Origin: Zobellia roscoffensis
Lineage (GTDB): Bacteria > Bacteroidota > Bacteroidia > Flavobacteriales > Flavobacteriaceae
Length of the DNA stretch: 64,000 nt
Assembly: GCF_015330165.1 (NCBI RefSeq)
Contig: NZ_JADDXT010000002.1
Coordinates: 1,812,663-1,876,662 of the forward strand
Reading direction: 5' to 3'
Shown here: in pieces, positions 40,159-51,400 of the stretch
How positions within the stretch are numbered: the stretch's first letter is position 1
Layout of the letters: each line of letters opens with the position of its first letter
Position numbers and translations under genes: made by a program
The notes under the pieces: model-generated
Told to the model about the DNA's origin: nothing
Database searches by the model: none
The model's input: the letters and a program-made list of their open reading frames with translations, nothing else

Positions 40159-41478
40159 TTGGACCCTGACCCCCTTAGTTTAGTACCTTATTTCATTACT
40201 CTAGTAGGTGCTTTTGCATTTGAGATTACAATTCTTGTTGTATTATTAATGTCATCTGCGCTTGTTTCTGGTGCAGAAGTTGCTTTTTTTGGACTTTCAC
40301 CTACAGATGTAAATGAGATTTCGGAAGAGAAAAGTGTACGTGGAAATATAATAGTTAAACTTCTTGATCGCCCTAAAAAACTACTGGCTACTATTCTTAT
40401 CGCTAATAATGCCATTAATATTGGTGTAGTTCTACTATTCAGTACTATTGGCAACTCTCTTTTTGCAAATGTTGAGTTAGAATGGGTACGGTTTCTCTTA
40501 GAAGTTGTAGTAGCTACTTTTTTGATATTAATGTTCGGTGAGATTTTACCAAAAGTTTATGCAAACCGAAATAGAAAAGCATTTGCCCACCTTATGTCAT
40601 ACCCGCTTAATGTGCTAGATTTTTTGTTTAGTCCGTTGAGTCTTCCTATGCGGGCGGGAACTCTATTTTTATATGATAAATTGGGTAAGCAAAAATCCAA
40701 TTTAAGCGTAGATCATCTTTCTCAAGCTTTAGAATTAACTTCGGACGGAGATACAACCAAAGAAGAACAAAAGATACTACAAGGTATAGTAACCTTTGGG
40801 AATACAGATACCAAACAGGTAATGCGTCCGCGTATAGACATCTTTGCAGTGAGCGAGGATATGAAATTTCTTGAAATTTTTGCAGAAATTAAAAAACACG
40901 GGTATTCTAGAATTCCGGTTTTTTCAGAGAATATGGACAATGTTCTGGGAGTGCTCTACGTTAAAGATTTGTTACCTTATATAGATAGGAAGACCTTTAA
41001 CTGGATGACGCTTATCCGTGAGCCCTATTTTGTTCCGGAAAACAAAAAGCTAGATGACTTATTATTAGAGTTCCAGGAGAAAAAAAATCACCTGGCTGTA
41101 GTTGTAGATGAGTATGGAGGTACTTCAGGTATTGTTACTTTAGAAGATATTATTGAGGAAATAGTTGGTGATATTAGCGATGAATTTGATGATGAAGACC
41201 TTATTTTTTCAAAACTAGATGATTTTAATTTTGTTTTTGATGGGAAGACTGCGCTTAAGGATTTTTATCGCGTAGCCAAAATTGAAAATGAAATCGATTT
41301 TGAAGAACACAAGGGAGAGTCTGAGACTATTGCTGGTTTTGTTCTTGAAATAGCGGGAAGTTTTCCTAAAAGAGGAGAGATAATTGTATTTAATGAATAT
41401 CAGTTTATAGTAGAAAGCTTAGACAAAAAGAGGTTGAAGCAAATAAAAATAACGTTGCCCCAAGATGTACAGATATAG
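40159..41478 (+). CDS. gldE: Gliding-motility-associated GldE (DUF21-CBS-CorC/HlyC family membrane protein).
   Basis: DUF21 TM domain, tandem CBS domains and a CorC_HlyC C-terminal domain. Immediately followed by gldD, overlapping by 14 nt, as in Flavobacterium johnsoniae. Confidence 0.78.
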   Translation: MDPDPLSLVPYFITLVGAFAFEITILVVLLMSSALVSGAEVAFFGLSPTDVNEISEEKSVRGNIIVKLLDRPKKLLATILIANNAINIGVVLLFSTIGNSLFANVELEWVRFLLEVVVATFLILMFGEILPKVYANRNRKAFAHLMSYPLNVLDFLFSPLSLPMRAGTLFLYDKLGKQKSNLSVDHLSQALELTSDGDTTKEEQKILQGIVTFGNTDTKQVMRPRIDIFAVSEDMKFLEIFAEIKKHGYSRIPVFSENMDNVLGVLYVKDLLPYIDRKTFNWMTLIREPYFVPENKKLDDLLLEFQEKKNHLAVVVDEYGGTSGIVTLEDIIEEIVGDISDEFDDEDLIFSKLDDFNFVFDGKTALKDFYRVAKIENEIDFEEHKGESETIAGFVLEIAGSFPKRGEIIVFNEYQFIVESLDKKRLKQIKITLPQDVQI

Positions 41479-42019
41479 TTTTTTTCTTTTGATGGTATTC
41501 ATATTAGCTATTGGCTGTAAAGAGGAGGTCTTGCCAAAGCCTAAAGCGCAATTACGTTTGGAATATGGGGCACCAAAGCAAGGAAAATTGCAGACAGAAC
41601 ATTTTATGTTCGACTACAATATCAAGGCTAAAATAAAAAGTAAAACAAAGACTTCTCTAGTTTTAGGATACCCAGAGATGAAGGGTGAGATTTATATCAA
41701 CTATAAAAAGGTAGAGGACAATGTTGAAAAGTTGCTTGCTGATGCCCAAAGACTAAGTTATGAGCATTCTGTGAAAGCAGATGGTATATTGGAGCAACCT
41801 TTTGTAAATGAAAAAAACGGTGTTTACGGTATGTTTTATGAGGTTACTGGTAATGCTGCATCACAAGCACAATTTTATGTTACTGATAGTACTGATAACT
41901 TTGTAACGGGGTCATTATATTTCTACACGAGACCCAACTATGATTCAATATATCCAGCGGCGGCCTATCTTCAGAATGATATTCGAGGGATTATGGAAAC
42001 CTTAAAGTGGAAAGAGTAA
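41465..42019 (+). CDS. gldD: Gliding motility lipoprotein GldD.
   Basis: Lipobox LAIGC, then PKPKAQLRLEYG, which is typical of the GldD N-terminus. 184 aa. Confidence 0.72.
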   Translation: MYRYSFFLLMVFILAIGCKEEVLPKPKAQLRLEYGAPKQGKLQTEHFMFDYNIKAKIKSKTKTSLVLGYPEMKGEIYINYKKVEDNVEKLLADAQRLSYEHSVKADGILEQPFVNEKNGVYGMFYEVTGNAASQAQFYVTDSTDNFVTGSLYFYTRPNYDSIYPAAAYLQNDIRGIMETLKWKE

Positions 42020-42277
42020 AAAGGCGCCTAGAGTATGAGCTTTGATTTGGTCTTTTCTTTTAAAAACCTTAAGTTTTGTGCTAAATTTAGGTGTCTATAA
42101 ATCTAAATCAGGCTGATTGAATTGTGTATTCATCAAAAATGAAAGTAATATTTACTTCCATGTGAAATATTTGTTCTTTTGTTATTAAAAAAGTTAACGG
42201 TTTTGAAGTTTATTATAATAAATTTGTATTATTATACTTACAAAGCGCACCCTATTTTTAATTTTCAATAATACTTA

Positions 42278-43291
42278 ATGTCTTTACTCCAGATAATCCA
42301 TCGACTAAAAGAAGTAAATAGCTTGACCAAGCACGAACAATTGGTGCATGGTGTTATAGAAGCTTTGGATTCTGGGGAGCTTTTGGTTGGTGATAAATTA
42401 CCATCAATAAATAAAATGGTATCAGATATTGGCTATGCTAGAAAGACCATAGTTAAGGCTTATGAGGAGTTAAAAGAGAGAGGGCTGGTAGAGTCTAAAA
42501 AATTAAAAGGGTACTTTATTATAAGTGATGAGACTAAAGTGACGTTGAGGATAGCCTTGCTTTTATTTTCTTTTCAACGTTTCCAAGAAGACTTTTATAA
42601 CTCTTTCAGAAAAGAACTAGGAAATAAGTATCAGATAGATGTTTTTTTTCATCACAACAACATTTCGATTTTTGAGACCATTTTCAATAATATTCGAGGT
42701 AAATATGGAATGTATGTGGTAGCTCCAATTCCAGATAAGGTAATTAGGCCTCTTCTTTTGACGATCGAACCTCAAAAGTTACTGATAGTTGACCGGTATT
42801 TGCCAATGCCAGATGAGTATTCGTATATAGCTCAGGAATTTGAGGCAACCACATTTGATAAGTTAATAGAGTTGCTTCCAGAAATTAGAAAATATAAGAA
42901 GCTAGTTCTTTTTTATGCTGAAAATAGAGACTACCCACGTGGAATTTTATTGGCCTTCCATAGGTTCATTGCTGATTATGGTATAAATGGAGTTGTGTTA
43001 GAGGATTATGTTGAAGGTTCTCTTGAAAAAGAATCCATTTACTTTTTCATTAATGACGCTTCTCTTTGGGAATTACTTAAGGACTGCCATAATTCTAATT
43101 TGGAAGTGGGCGAAGATGTGGGGGTGCTATCTCATAATGACCACATAATTAAAGAAATTGCCTTTGGAGGTATTACTACAATCTCTACGGATTTTAAAGA
43201 TATGGCTACAATGGCTGCCCAACACATTAAAAATAACATGGTTTCTCAGACCATTGTTACTTCAAAACTGTTTAAGCGTAACTCTTTGTGA
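42278..43291 (+). CDS. GntR-family winged-HTH transcriptional regulator with a periplasmic-binding-protein-like sugar/effector domain. Likely regulator of the downstream SusCD locus.
   Basis: GntR-type wHTH (LPSINKMVSDIGYARKTIVKAYEELKERGLV). The C-terminal domain resembles LacI/PBP type I. Confidence 0.65.
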   Translation: MSLLQIIHRLKEVNSLTKHEQLVHGVIEALDSGELLVGDKLPSINKMVSDIGYARKTIVKAYEELKERGLVESKKLKGYFIISDETKVTLRIALLLFSFQRFQEDFYNSFRKELGNKYQIDVFFHHNNISIFETIFNNIRGKYGMYVVAPIPDKVIRPLLLTIEPQKLLIVDRYLPMPDEYSYIAQEFEATTFDKLIELLPEIRKYKKLVLFYAENRDYPRGILLAFHRFIADYGINGVVLEDYVEGSLEKESIYFFINDASLWELLKDCHNSNLEVGEDVGVLSHNDHIIKEIAFGGITTISTDFKDMATMAAQHIKNNMVSQTIVTSKLFKRNSL

Positions 43292-43432
43292 TATTAGCGT
43301 AATAGCTGAATTTGCTGTAAAATTCATCCTTATAAATTTTAGAATATCTATTTTTTAGCGCTTAAAATGATTAATTCTCATTTTTGGCAGCGAAAATTGT
43401 TTTTGGTATGGAAAAAATTCTTATTTTTGCTT

Positions 43433-43452
43433 TGTAGCATAGTGTAGCATAG
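43433..43452. repeat. Perfect tandem direct repeat TGTAGCATAG x2 in the regulator-SusC intergenic region.
   Basis: Read directly from the sequence: ...gctttGTAGCATAGTGTAGCATAGattc... Confidence 0.9.
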
Positions 43453-43558
43453 ATTCTTTTCGTGATGTTAAATATTTTGTTGTTCAATGCCTTTAAATTT
43501 TGTTTTTTTCAAAAAAAAGGGGGTAACTTGTATTATAATACCGTTAAAGTGCATTTAT

Positions 43559-43614
43559 GTAACGCTCGGCTTAATTTTGTTTTTAGTCTTTTTTAACGTT
43601 CTGATGAGCGTTAC
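43559..43614. promoter_or_regulatory. 9 bp perfect inverted repeat GTAACGCTC...GAGCGTTAC with a 38 bp spacer. It encloses a Bacteroidota -7-like box TAATTTTG (43572-43579). Candidate promoter and operator of the SusC operon.
   Basis: The inverted repeat arms (43559-43567 and 43606-43614) are read directly. TAnnTTTG is the Bacteroidetes sigma-A -7 consensus. No clean -33 TTG was seen. Confidence 0.35.
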
Positions 43615-43669
43615 GTGTGGTGAAAACAAAAATACTAACTCAATTTATTACTAACTTAAACTACTCATT

Positions 43670-46600
43670 ATGAACCAGAACTTTAAGAGATTAAATAGAG
43701 TTCGATCACATGGTTTTGTGCTCGCAGCTTTGTTTTTCTTCAGTGTTGCATCTTTGTGCGCACAAACCACAATTTCAGGTACTACTTCTGACGACCAGGG
43801 CGTATTGCCTGGCGTAAACGTATTGGTGAAAGGTACTACCGTTGGAAGCGTTTCGGATTTTGATGGAAATTACAGTATAGAGGTGCCGGAAGGCAGCTCT
43901 GCTTTGGTCTTCTCCTATGTGGGGTATTCCAAACAAGAAGTGGCTATAGATGGCCGCACAACAATTAATGTTACTTTGGCCGAAGATGCACAGGCACTTA
44001 GCGAAGTAGTTGTCGTTGGGTACGGTACCCAACGAAAAGCAGATTTAACAGGTGCTGTTGGATCTATTAGTTCTGCGGATATTGTTTCCAAACCTATTAC
44101 TAGCCCTGATCAAGCGTTGGCGGGTACTATTTCTGGGGTAAATATTACAAATCGTAGTGGTGATCCAGGTGCCCCTATTAGTGTGTTGATTAGAGGTGTA
44201 GGTACTGCGGGAAATACAGACCCATTATGGGTAATTGATGGTATTCCTATTGTACAGACAACCAATATAACTGTAAACACCTCTTCTACTACAGATTCTA
44301 ACCCATTAGCTGGTTTAAATGCTAATGATATTGAATCTATAGATGTTTTAAAGGATGCTGCCTCAACGGCAATTTATGGGTCTAGAGCTGCAAACGGTGT
44401 TATTATCGTTACGACCAAAAGAGGAAAGAGCGGAGACGCTAAGGTAACTTATAACGGTTATGTTTCAACTTCTACGGCTAGAGATAGAATAGATGTTCTA
44501 GATGTAGAGCAGTTTATTGATATTCAAGGTCAATTAGGTAGGGACCTTTCAGAGTTTTCTGGAAGCCCATATGTTGATTGGCAAGATTTAATTTTTCAAA
44601 CAGGATTCATTCAAAACCACAATGTAAGTGTTAGTGGTGGAAATGATAAGGCCAAATATTTTATTTCCGGAGGATTGTTAGATCAGGATGGTATTGAATT
44701 AGCTCAAGGTTTTAAAAGGTATTCTTTGAAAGCTAATTCAGAAATTAACGTTGGTAAATATTTAAAATTTGGTGAATCCATTCTTTTAAGTCAAACGGAT
44801 AGACAAGTGCAAAGTGAACAAGGTATTTATGCAGGTTTTAATTCTGCATTGAATGCACCATATTACCAGCCTTATGGTAATGGAGCTTTTGGTTATAATG
44901 ATTCTACTCCGGAAACTAGGGGTAACGGTATAACAGCGAACAACTACCTGTTTAATACCGATGATAGATACACAACCACAAATTTACAGACACGCAAAAT
45001 CTTAGCTAGTTTCTACGGGGAATTACAGATTTTAGACGGGTTAAGATTTAGACCTTCTTTAGGTATAGATTACAACGTGGGTGTTGGTGATTATTTTACA
45101 TCTGATGCCGTTCTGAATAATTCTACTGGGTCATCTCTTTTGGTTTCTTCCAGACCTATTGAATTAACGTTAACATCAGCTGCTACTTTGCAGTACGATA
45201 AGACTTTTGGCGATCATAATATAGGAGCATTGTTCGGTTTTGAGCAAACAAAATTTAGATTTGACAAGTTACGTGTACAAGGTAGAAGTTTATTTAATGA
45301 GAACTTTGCATCAACCGGAGAGGTTGGCACGGTAGGGGCGGCCAATGAGGCGGATTTATGGACCTTACAAGGATGGTTGGGTAGACTCACCTATAACTAT
45401 CAAGGAAAATATTTAGCTACATTTAATATTCGACGTGATGCAACTTCAAGATTTTCTCCTGATAACAGAACAGATGTGTTTCCTTCTGTATCTTTAGGTT
45501 GGAGAGTTTCAGATGAGGAATTTTTTCCAAAGGATGGAGCTTTTGATGATTTAAAGATTCGTGCAGGATGGGGTCAGTCTGGTAACCAGGCCTCGCCAAC
45601 GAATTTCCCATATTTAAGTGCTGTAGATAGTAATATAAGATATGTGATCGGTGATGATCAGGGGACAGTTACAGCTCCTGCACCTACCACTTTTGCCAAT
45701 CAAGATTTGTTTTGGGAAACGAGTACTCAATTTGATGTAGGTCTTGATTTTAGTTTATTCAATTACAAGTTGACCGGTAGCTTTGATTATTACAATAAAG
45801 TTAATGACGGCGTTCTTATCGGGTTACCATTACCATACGTTTCTGGCTTTTTCTTAGCTCCTGATGCTAATATCGGTTCTATTAAAAACTCTGGACTTGA
45901 ATTATCACTTAACTACGCAGGTGAAGCTGGGGATTTTACATATTCTATTGGTGGTAATTTCACAACAAACAATAATGAGGTTACTGATTTAGGAGAGGTT
46001 ACTCAAATCATAACAGGAATTGGAGGTGCAAGTACGCACAGAACTATAGAAGGTGAAAGCCTTGGCCATTTTTATGGCTATAAGACTGATGGTTTGTATC
46101 AAAATGATGCTGAGGTTGCGGCTGCCGTACCAGATGCTAACGGAACGCCTTCTCCTGGAGACATACGTTTTGTAGATGTAAATGGTGATGGTATTGTTGA
46201 CGCTGATGATAGAACTGAACTAGGAAGTCCTTTTCCTGGATTCTACTACGGTATGAATTTTAATGCAGCATATAAAGGGTTTGATTTCTCAATCAATTTT
46301 AGAGGGGTAGGAAACAAGCAAGTTTATAATTCTGCTAGAATAGCATTGGAAGATTTAAGTTCTGGTAACAACTTTAGTACGCAGGTTTTAGACCGGTGGA
46401 CGGGTGAAGGAACTGCTACTTCTAGTTCAAATCCAAGATTGACGTTGAACGATCCTAACGGGAACAACAGATATTCAGATAGATGGATTGAAGATGCAGG
46501 TTATTTAAGAATTCAGAATGCACAAATAGGCTATAACCTTCCTCAAGATTTATTAACTTCTTGGACAAACGATATGATTTCTAATTTTAGAATTTATGTT

Positions 46601-46768
46601 GGTGCTCAAAACTTAGCAACATTTACTAAGTATTCTGGTTATGATCCAGAAGTTGGTAGAACGCAGAGTTTTCAAAAGGGTGAGTTTACATTGGCTACAG
46701 GTCAAGATGGTGGAGCTTCACCAACACCTAGAATCTTTCAGTTAGGGTTATCCGTAACGTTCAATTAA
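43670..46768 (+). CDS. susC: SusC/RagA-type TonB-dependent outer-membrane transporter.
   Basis: Signal peptide, CarbopepD-like domain (ISGTTSDDQGVLPGVNVLVKGTTVGSVSDFDGNYSI), plug with the SusC-specific segment, a 1032 aa barrel and a C-terminal ...SVTFN. Confidence 0.95.
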   Translation: MNQNFKRLNRVRSHGFVLAALFFFSVASLCAQTTISGTTSDDQGVLPGVNVLVKGTTVGSVSDFDGNYSIEVPEGSSALVFSYVGYSKQEVAIDGRTTINVTLAEDAQALSEVVVVGYGTQRKADLTGAVGSISSADIVSKPITSPDQALAGTISGVNITNRSGDPGAPISVLIRGVGTAGNTDPLWVIDGIPIVQTTNITVNTSSTTDSNPLAGLNANDIESIDVLKDAASTAIYGSRAANGVIIVTTKRGKSGDAKVTYNGYVSTSTARDRIDVLDVEQFIDIQGQLGRDLSEFSGSPYVDWQDLIFQTGFIQNHNVSVSGGNDKAKYFISGGLLDQDGIELAQGFKRYSLKANSEINVGKYLKFGESILLSQTDRQVQSEQGIYAGFNSALNAPYYQPYGNGAFGYNDSTPETRGNGITANNYLFNTDDRYTTTNLQTRKILASFYGELQILDGLRFRPSLGIDYNVGVGDYFTSDAVLNNSTGSSLLVSSRPIELTLTSAATLQYDKTFGDHNIGALFGFEQTKFRFDKLRVQGRSLFNENFASTGEVGTVGAANEADLWTLQGWLGRLTYNYQGKYLATFNIRRDATSRFSPDNRTDVFPSVSLGWRVSDEEFFPKDGAFDDLKIRAGWGQSGNQASPTNFPYLSAVDSNIRYVIGDDQGTVTAPAPTTFANQDLFWETSTQFDVGLDFSLFNYKLTGSFDYYNKVNDGVLIGLPLPYVSGFFLAPDANIGSIKNSGLELSLNYAGEAGDFTYSIGGNFTTNNNEVTDLGEVTQIITGIGGASTHRTIEGESLGHFYGYKTDGLYQNDAEVAAAVPDANGTPSPGDIRFVDVNGDGIVDADDRTELGSPFPGFYYGMNFNAAYKGFDFSINFRGVGNKQVYNSARIALEDLSSGNNFSTQVLDRWTGEGTATSSSNPRLTLNDPNGNNRYSDRWIEDAGYLRIQNAQIGYNLPQDLLTSWTNDMISNFRIYVGAQNLATFTKYSGYDPEVGRTQSFQKGEFTLATGQDGGASPTPRIFQLGLSVTFN

Positions 46769-46790
46769 GTTTAAAAAATTATAAAATATT

Positions 46791-48317
46791 ATGAAAAAAA
46801 TAATTGTATTTTTTGCATGTGCATCACTGTTAGGAGTTCTCTCCTGTGGTGACCAGCTAGACCTTGAGCCTCTGGACCGTGTGACTACGGATCAGTTTTA
46901 CAAAACAAGAACGGATTTTGATGGAGCTGTTTTTGCTTCCTATTCATCTATCCAAGATTTTTGGGGAACTAGTACTGAGACGTTGGGTGAAAGAGGTGAG
47001 TTTTGGAAAATCTCCTTGGCAATAACCGATGATGTAGCAGCCGATGAAGTAAACGGAACTTCTTCTAGAGATATAGATAACCTCTTACTTCGTTCTAATG
47101 ATGTTCCTTTCGGAGCAGTTTACACTCAGATTTATGAAGGTATATATAGAGCAAATATTGTACTTGAAAATCTTGAAAAAGAGAATGAGTTAACTGCAGA
47201 AGATAAGACCATAATTAATGCCGAAGCTAAATTTTTAAGAGCTTGGTTTCATTTTCAGGCTATGAAGATGTTTGGTACGCCACCTTTAGCCCTAGATATT
47301 AGAACAGATATTAATGATCAGGCCAGACCAAATGCAACACAAGAAGAATTATATGCCGCAATATTGGCAGATTTGGCTGAAGCTGAGGCAGGTCTTCCTG
47401 CTGATTGGGATGGCTCTAATACAGGTAGAGTTACCTTATGGACTGCTAAAGCGTATATTGGTAAAGTAAATGTTTGGAAAGAAGATTGGCCAACAGCTAT
47501 TACGGCACTAGAAGAGGTTGTTAATTCGGGACCTTATGTTTTGGTTCCAGACTATGAGCAGTTATTTGCTTACACGAATGAGAATAATTCAGAATCTATT
47601 TTTGAAATCCAGTATGGTGGTCCGTTTTCTGATGATAACCTTTGGGTTTTTGATGATACACACTCAGAAGATTTTAAAGCTTCTCAAGGAACGGCGCGAG
47701 GAAATTATTGGGATGCAGGTGGTGATGCACCGGGCGGAAAACAAGGTCAGTGGGTTCCTACTCAAGATTTAGTGGATGCTTATGAGGCAGGTGATGAAAG
47801 ATTAGCGGTTACTGTATATCAAGATGGTGATATGTATTATTCTTTTGATGGAACGCGTTATGAAATTCCTTATGATCCTGCTTGGTCTTCGTCAGGGTAT
47901 ACTTTGAAGAAGTATAGAGGAACTTTAAATGCTGTAGTAGGTAACTCTTCTGCTAACGGACAAGTAGATTTTAACAATGAGCGTTGGTTTAGATTTGCAG
48001 AAGCTAAATTACTTTATGCGGAAGCTTTGATTCAAGGTGGAGGTGATGTTGGACTTGCTTTTGACGAAATAGATGATATTCGTGATAGAGCTGGTCTAGG
48101 TCTTGTTGACCGTTCGTTAGACCCTATGGACGCGTTAATGCAGGAAAAAAGAGTAGAGCTGGCCTTAGAACCACACAGGTACTTTGATATTACTAGATGG
48201 GGAATTGGAGCTGAGATTTTTGGAGCTGCTTGGGACGATAAATACAATGTATTTCCGTTTCCACTTACAGAAATTGATAGGTCTAAAGGTTTGCTAATCC
48301 AGAACTCAGGATATTAA
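46791..48317 (+). CDS. susD: SusD/RagB-family surface glycan-binding lipoprotein.
   Basis: Lipobox LSCGD. TPR-like SusD fold with WF..R/EL motifs. Immediately downstream of SusC. Confidence 0.9.
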   Translation: MKKIIVFFACASLLGVLSCGDQLDLEPLDRVTTDQFYKTRTDFDGAVFASYSSIQDFWGTSTETLGERGEFWKISLAITDDVAADEVNGTSSRDIDNLLLRSNDVPFGAVYTQIYEGIYRANIVLENLEKENELTAEDKTIINAEAKFLRAWFHFQAMKMFGTPPLALDIRTDINDQARPNATQEELYAAILADLAEAEAGLPADWDGSNTGRVTLWTAKAYIGKVNVWKEDWPTAITALEEVVNSGPYVLVPDYEQLFAYTNENNSESIFEIQYGGPFSDDNLWVFDDTHSEDFKASQGTARGNYWDAGGDAPGGKQGQWVPTQDLVDAYEAGDERLAVTVYQDGDMYYSFDGTRYEIPYDPAWSSSGYTLKKYRGTLNAVVGNSSANGQVDFNNERWFRFAEAKLLYAEALIQGGGDVGLAFDEIDDIRDRAGLGLVDRSLDPMDALMQEKRVELALEPHRYFDITRWGIGAEIFGAAWDDKYNVFPFPLTEIDRSKGLLIQNSGY

Positions 48318-48432
48318 TAATCTTCTTTTAGGGTTTCCCTAAAAAGTATAGTAATTTTACTGAAAGGAATCCAATTTTGAATAACCCCTAGATTGGATTC
48401 CTTTCTATTTATAGACGTTTTTAATTTCTTTC

Positions 48433-51400
48433 ATGTTCGCTACGTATAAAATCAGTTTGTTTTATTACTCGCTCTTCTCCTGCGTGGTATTATGTATTTT
48501 ATCATGCTCTAAGAATGAAAAAACACTTTTTAAAGAAATAACATCTTCTGAATCTGGTCTAACGTTTCAAAATAAACTAAACCTAACAGATACACTTACC
48601 ATACTAGATTTTGAGTATATGTACAATGGCGCTGGTGTTGCTGTGGCCGATTTTGATTTGGACGGCCTTCAGGATGTCTATTTTACGGGAAATATGGTGA
48701 GCAACCGCCTGTATCGTAACCAAGGTAATTTTAAGTTTGAAGATATTACTGAGTCGGCAAATGTGGGTTCTACGCATTGGTCTAATGGTGTGGCTATAGT
48801 TGATATTAATCAAGATGGTTTTCCTGATATTTATGTTTGTAGAGCAGGGCCAAGAAATGCAAAAAGTGAAAACAAAGCGAACCTATTGTTTGTAAATAAT
48901 GGTTTAAAGGATGGTAAGTTGTCTTTTACTGAAGAAGCTCAAAAATGGGGGTTGGCAGACACAAGTTATTCAGTGCAATCGGTTTTCTTTGATTATGATG
49001 GAGATGGCGATTTAGATATGTACCTTTTGAACAATGCATTGGTAGATTTTAATAGAAATACGGCAAAACCTAAAGAAGGTCGAGAAAAAGTTCCTTCTGT
49101 AGATAAACTCTTTAGAAATGACAGTGGCGAGAACGAAGCTGGGAATCCAGTTTTTACCGATGTTTCGGCCGAATCAGGTATTTCTATTGAAGGGTATGGT
49201 CTTGGTATTGAAGTATGTGATATGAATTCAGATGGTTGGCCAGATATCTATGTGTCCAATGATTTCCTTACGGATGATTTGCTCTATATCAATCAAAAAA
49301 ATGGTACGTTCAAAAATGAAATAGCCTCTTATTTTAAACATCTTACTTTTAATGGTATGGGCAATGATATTGCTGATATTAATAATGACGGGAATATGGA
49401 TGTTGTTGTTTTGGATATGCTTCCGCCAGACAATAAACGGTGGAAACTCACCATGATGGGCAATAATTATGATCAGTTTAGAAATAGACTAGATTACGGT
49501 TATCAACCTCAATATATTAGAAACACACTGCAGCTCAACAATGGCAATGGTTCTTTTAGTGAAGTGGGACAGCTTGCAGGAATTGATGCAACGGAATGGA
49601 GCTGGAGTGCCTTGTTTGCAGATTTTGACCAAGACGGACTTAATGATCTTTGCATTACTAATGGTTACCGACAAGATATTACCAATCTGGACTTTATGGT
49701 CTACGGGGATCGGGTATTAACCATGGGTACAGCAGAGGCCAATCGTAAAAAACGTATTGAAGAACTCAATAAACTACCGGGAATAAAAGAAAACAACTAC
49801 TTCTTCAAGAATACTGGTAACCTAACATTTGAAGATGCTTCTACAGAAGTAGGTTTTGATAAACCAACATACTCTAATGGCATGGCATACGCCGATTTGG
49901 ATAATGATGGCGATTTGGATTTGGTAATGAACAATATTGATGATCCCGCTGGTTTATTTGAAAACACACTTTCTTCAGAGGAAAACAGATACATTAGGTT
50001 CAAGTTTAAAGGTTCTGAAAAGAACAAACAAGCGTTAGGAAGCAAGGTCGAAATCTTCTATGGGGGTAGTGTACAAAAAAAATATTTCACGCCTTATCGT
50101 GGGTATTTATCTACGGTAGAACAAGCGTTGCATTTTGGAGTGGGCCAATCCAAAGAATTGGATAGCATAAAAGTCATATGGCCCGATGGGAAAACTCAGA
50201 ATCTTCAAGGCGTTGCTGTCAATCAGGAGTTGGTACTTCAGTATGAGAATGCTGTAGAAGGAAAACAAACCAAAAAAAGCGAAACACTTAAAACATGGCT
50301 TCAGCCAATAGATAGTATTGGTCTTAATCGGTTACACGTTGAGAATGAATTTGTAGATTTTAAGGTTCAGGCATTGTTGCCACATATGCATTCTAAAAAT
50401 GGACCGGGAATGGCGGTGGCAGATGTAAATGGCGATGGTTTGGAAGATTTATACGTTGGTGGGGCAACTGGTCAAGCCGGTGCAATACTACTTCAAAAAG
50501 TAGATGGTTCTTTTATAACTTCCGAATTTGAGGAAATGAAAAATGAAGACATGGGTGCGTTGTTTTTTGATGTCGACAATGATGGTGACCAAGATTTGTA
50601 TGTTGTAAGTGGTGGCTCTTCATATCAGGTGGGTGATAAGGCCTACCAAGATAGACTTTATGAAAATGATGGGTTGGGTAACTTTACTCAAACCAATGCA
50701 CTTCCAAATATGTTGGTCAGTGGTTCTGTGGTTACGGCGGCAGATTATGATAAAGATGGTGATTTAGACCTTTTTGTAGGTGGTAGAATAAGACCTGGTG
50801 AATACCCATTATCGCCGGAGAGTTTTCTCTTGAAAAATAACGGTACAGGAACCGGAATAAAGTTTGTAAAAGATGAACAGTCTGCCAATTTAGACCTTAC
50901 CAATTTGGGGATGGTAACTTCGGCCTTATGGACGGATTTTAATAATGATGGCTGGGAAGATTTAATTGTTGTTGGGGAATTTATGGCGGCTCGTTTCTTT
51001 CAGAATAATAAAGGAGAATTGTCCGATGTTACCGAAATAACAGGTCTTTCGCACACTAATGGTTGGTGGAATAGCATTACATCAGGTGATTTTGATAAGG
51101 ATGGAGATACAGATTATGTTTTAGGAAATCTTGGACTCAATAGTAAATTCAAGGCCAGTACAAAAGAACCTTTGTGCGTCTACGCTAGCGACTATGATAA
51201 GAACGGCCAAATAGACCCGGTTATGTGTCATTATGTAGATGGAGAAAACTATGTGGCACACTCACGTAATGATTTAATTAGTCAGGTCAATGCTATGCGC
51301 TCACGCTTCAGGACTTTTTCTGATTATGCAGATGCTACTTTTGAGGAGTCTTTTTTAAAGGAAGAAATAGAGCAAGCGCACGTGGTACGAAGTGAAACTT

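Noticed and set aside
43511-43523. A8G5 homopolymer tract (aaaaaaaaggggg) in the susC upstream region.
   Set aside because: It could be a slipped-strand phase-variation tract, but it is intergenic and far (about 150 nt) from the start codon, with no flanking invertase or repeat context. This is insufficient evidence.
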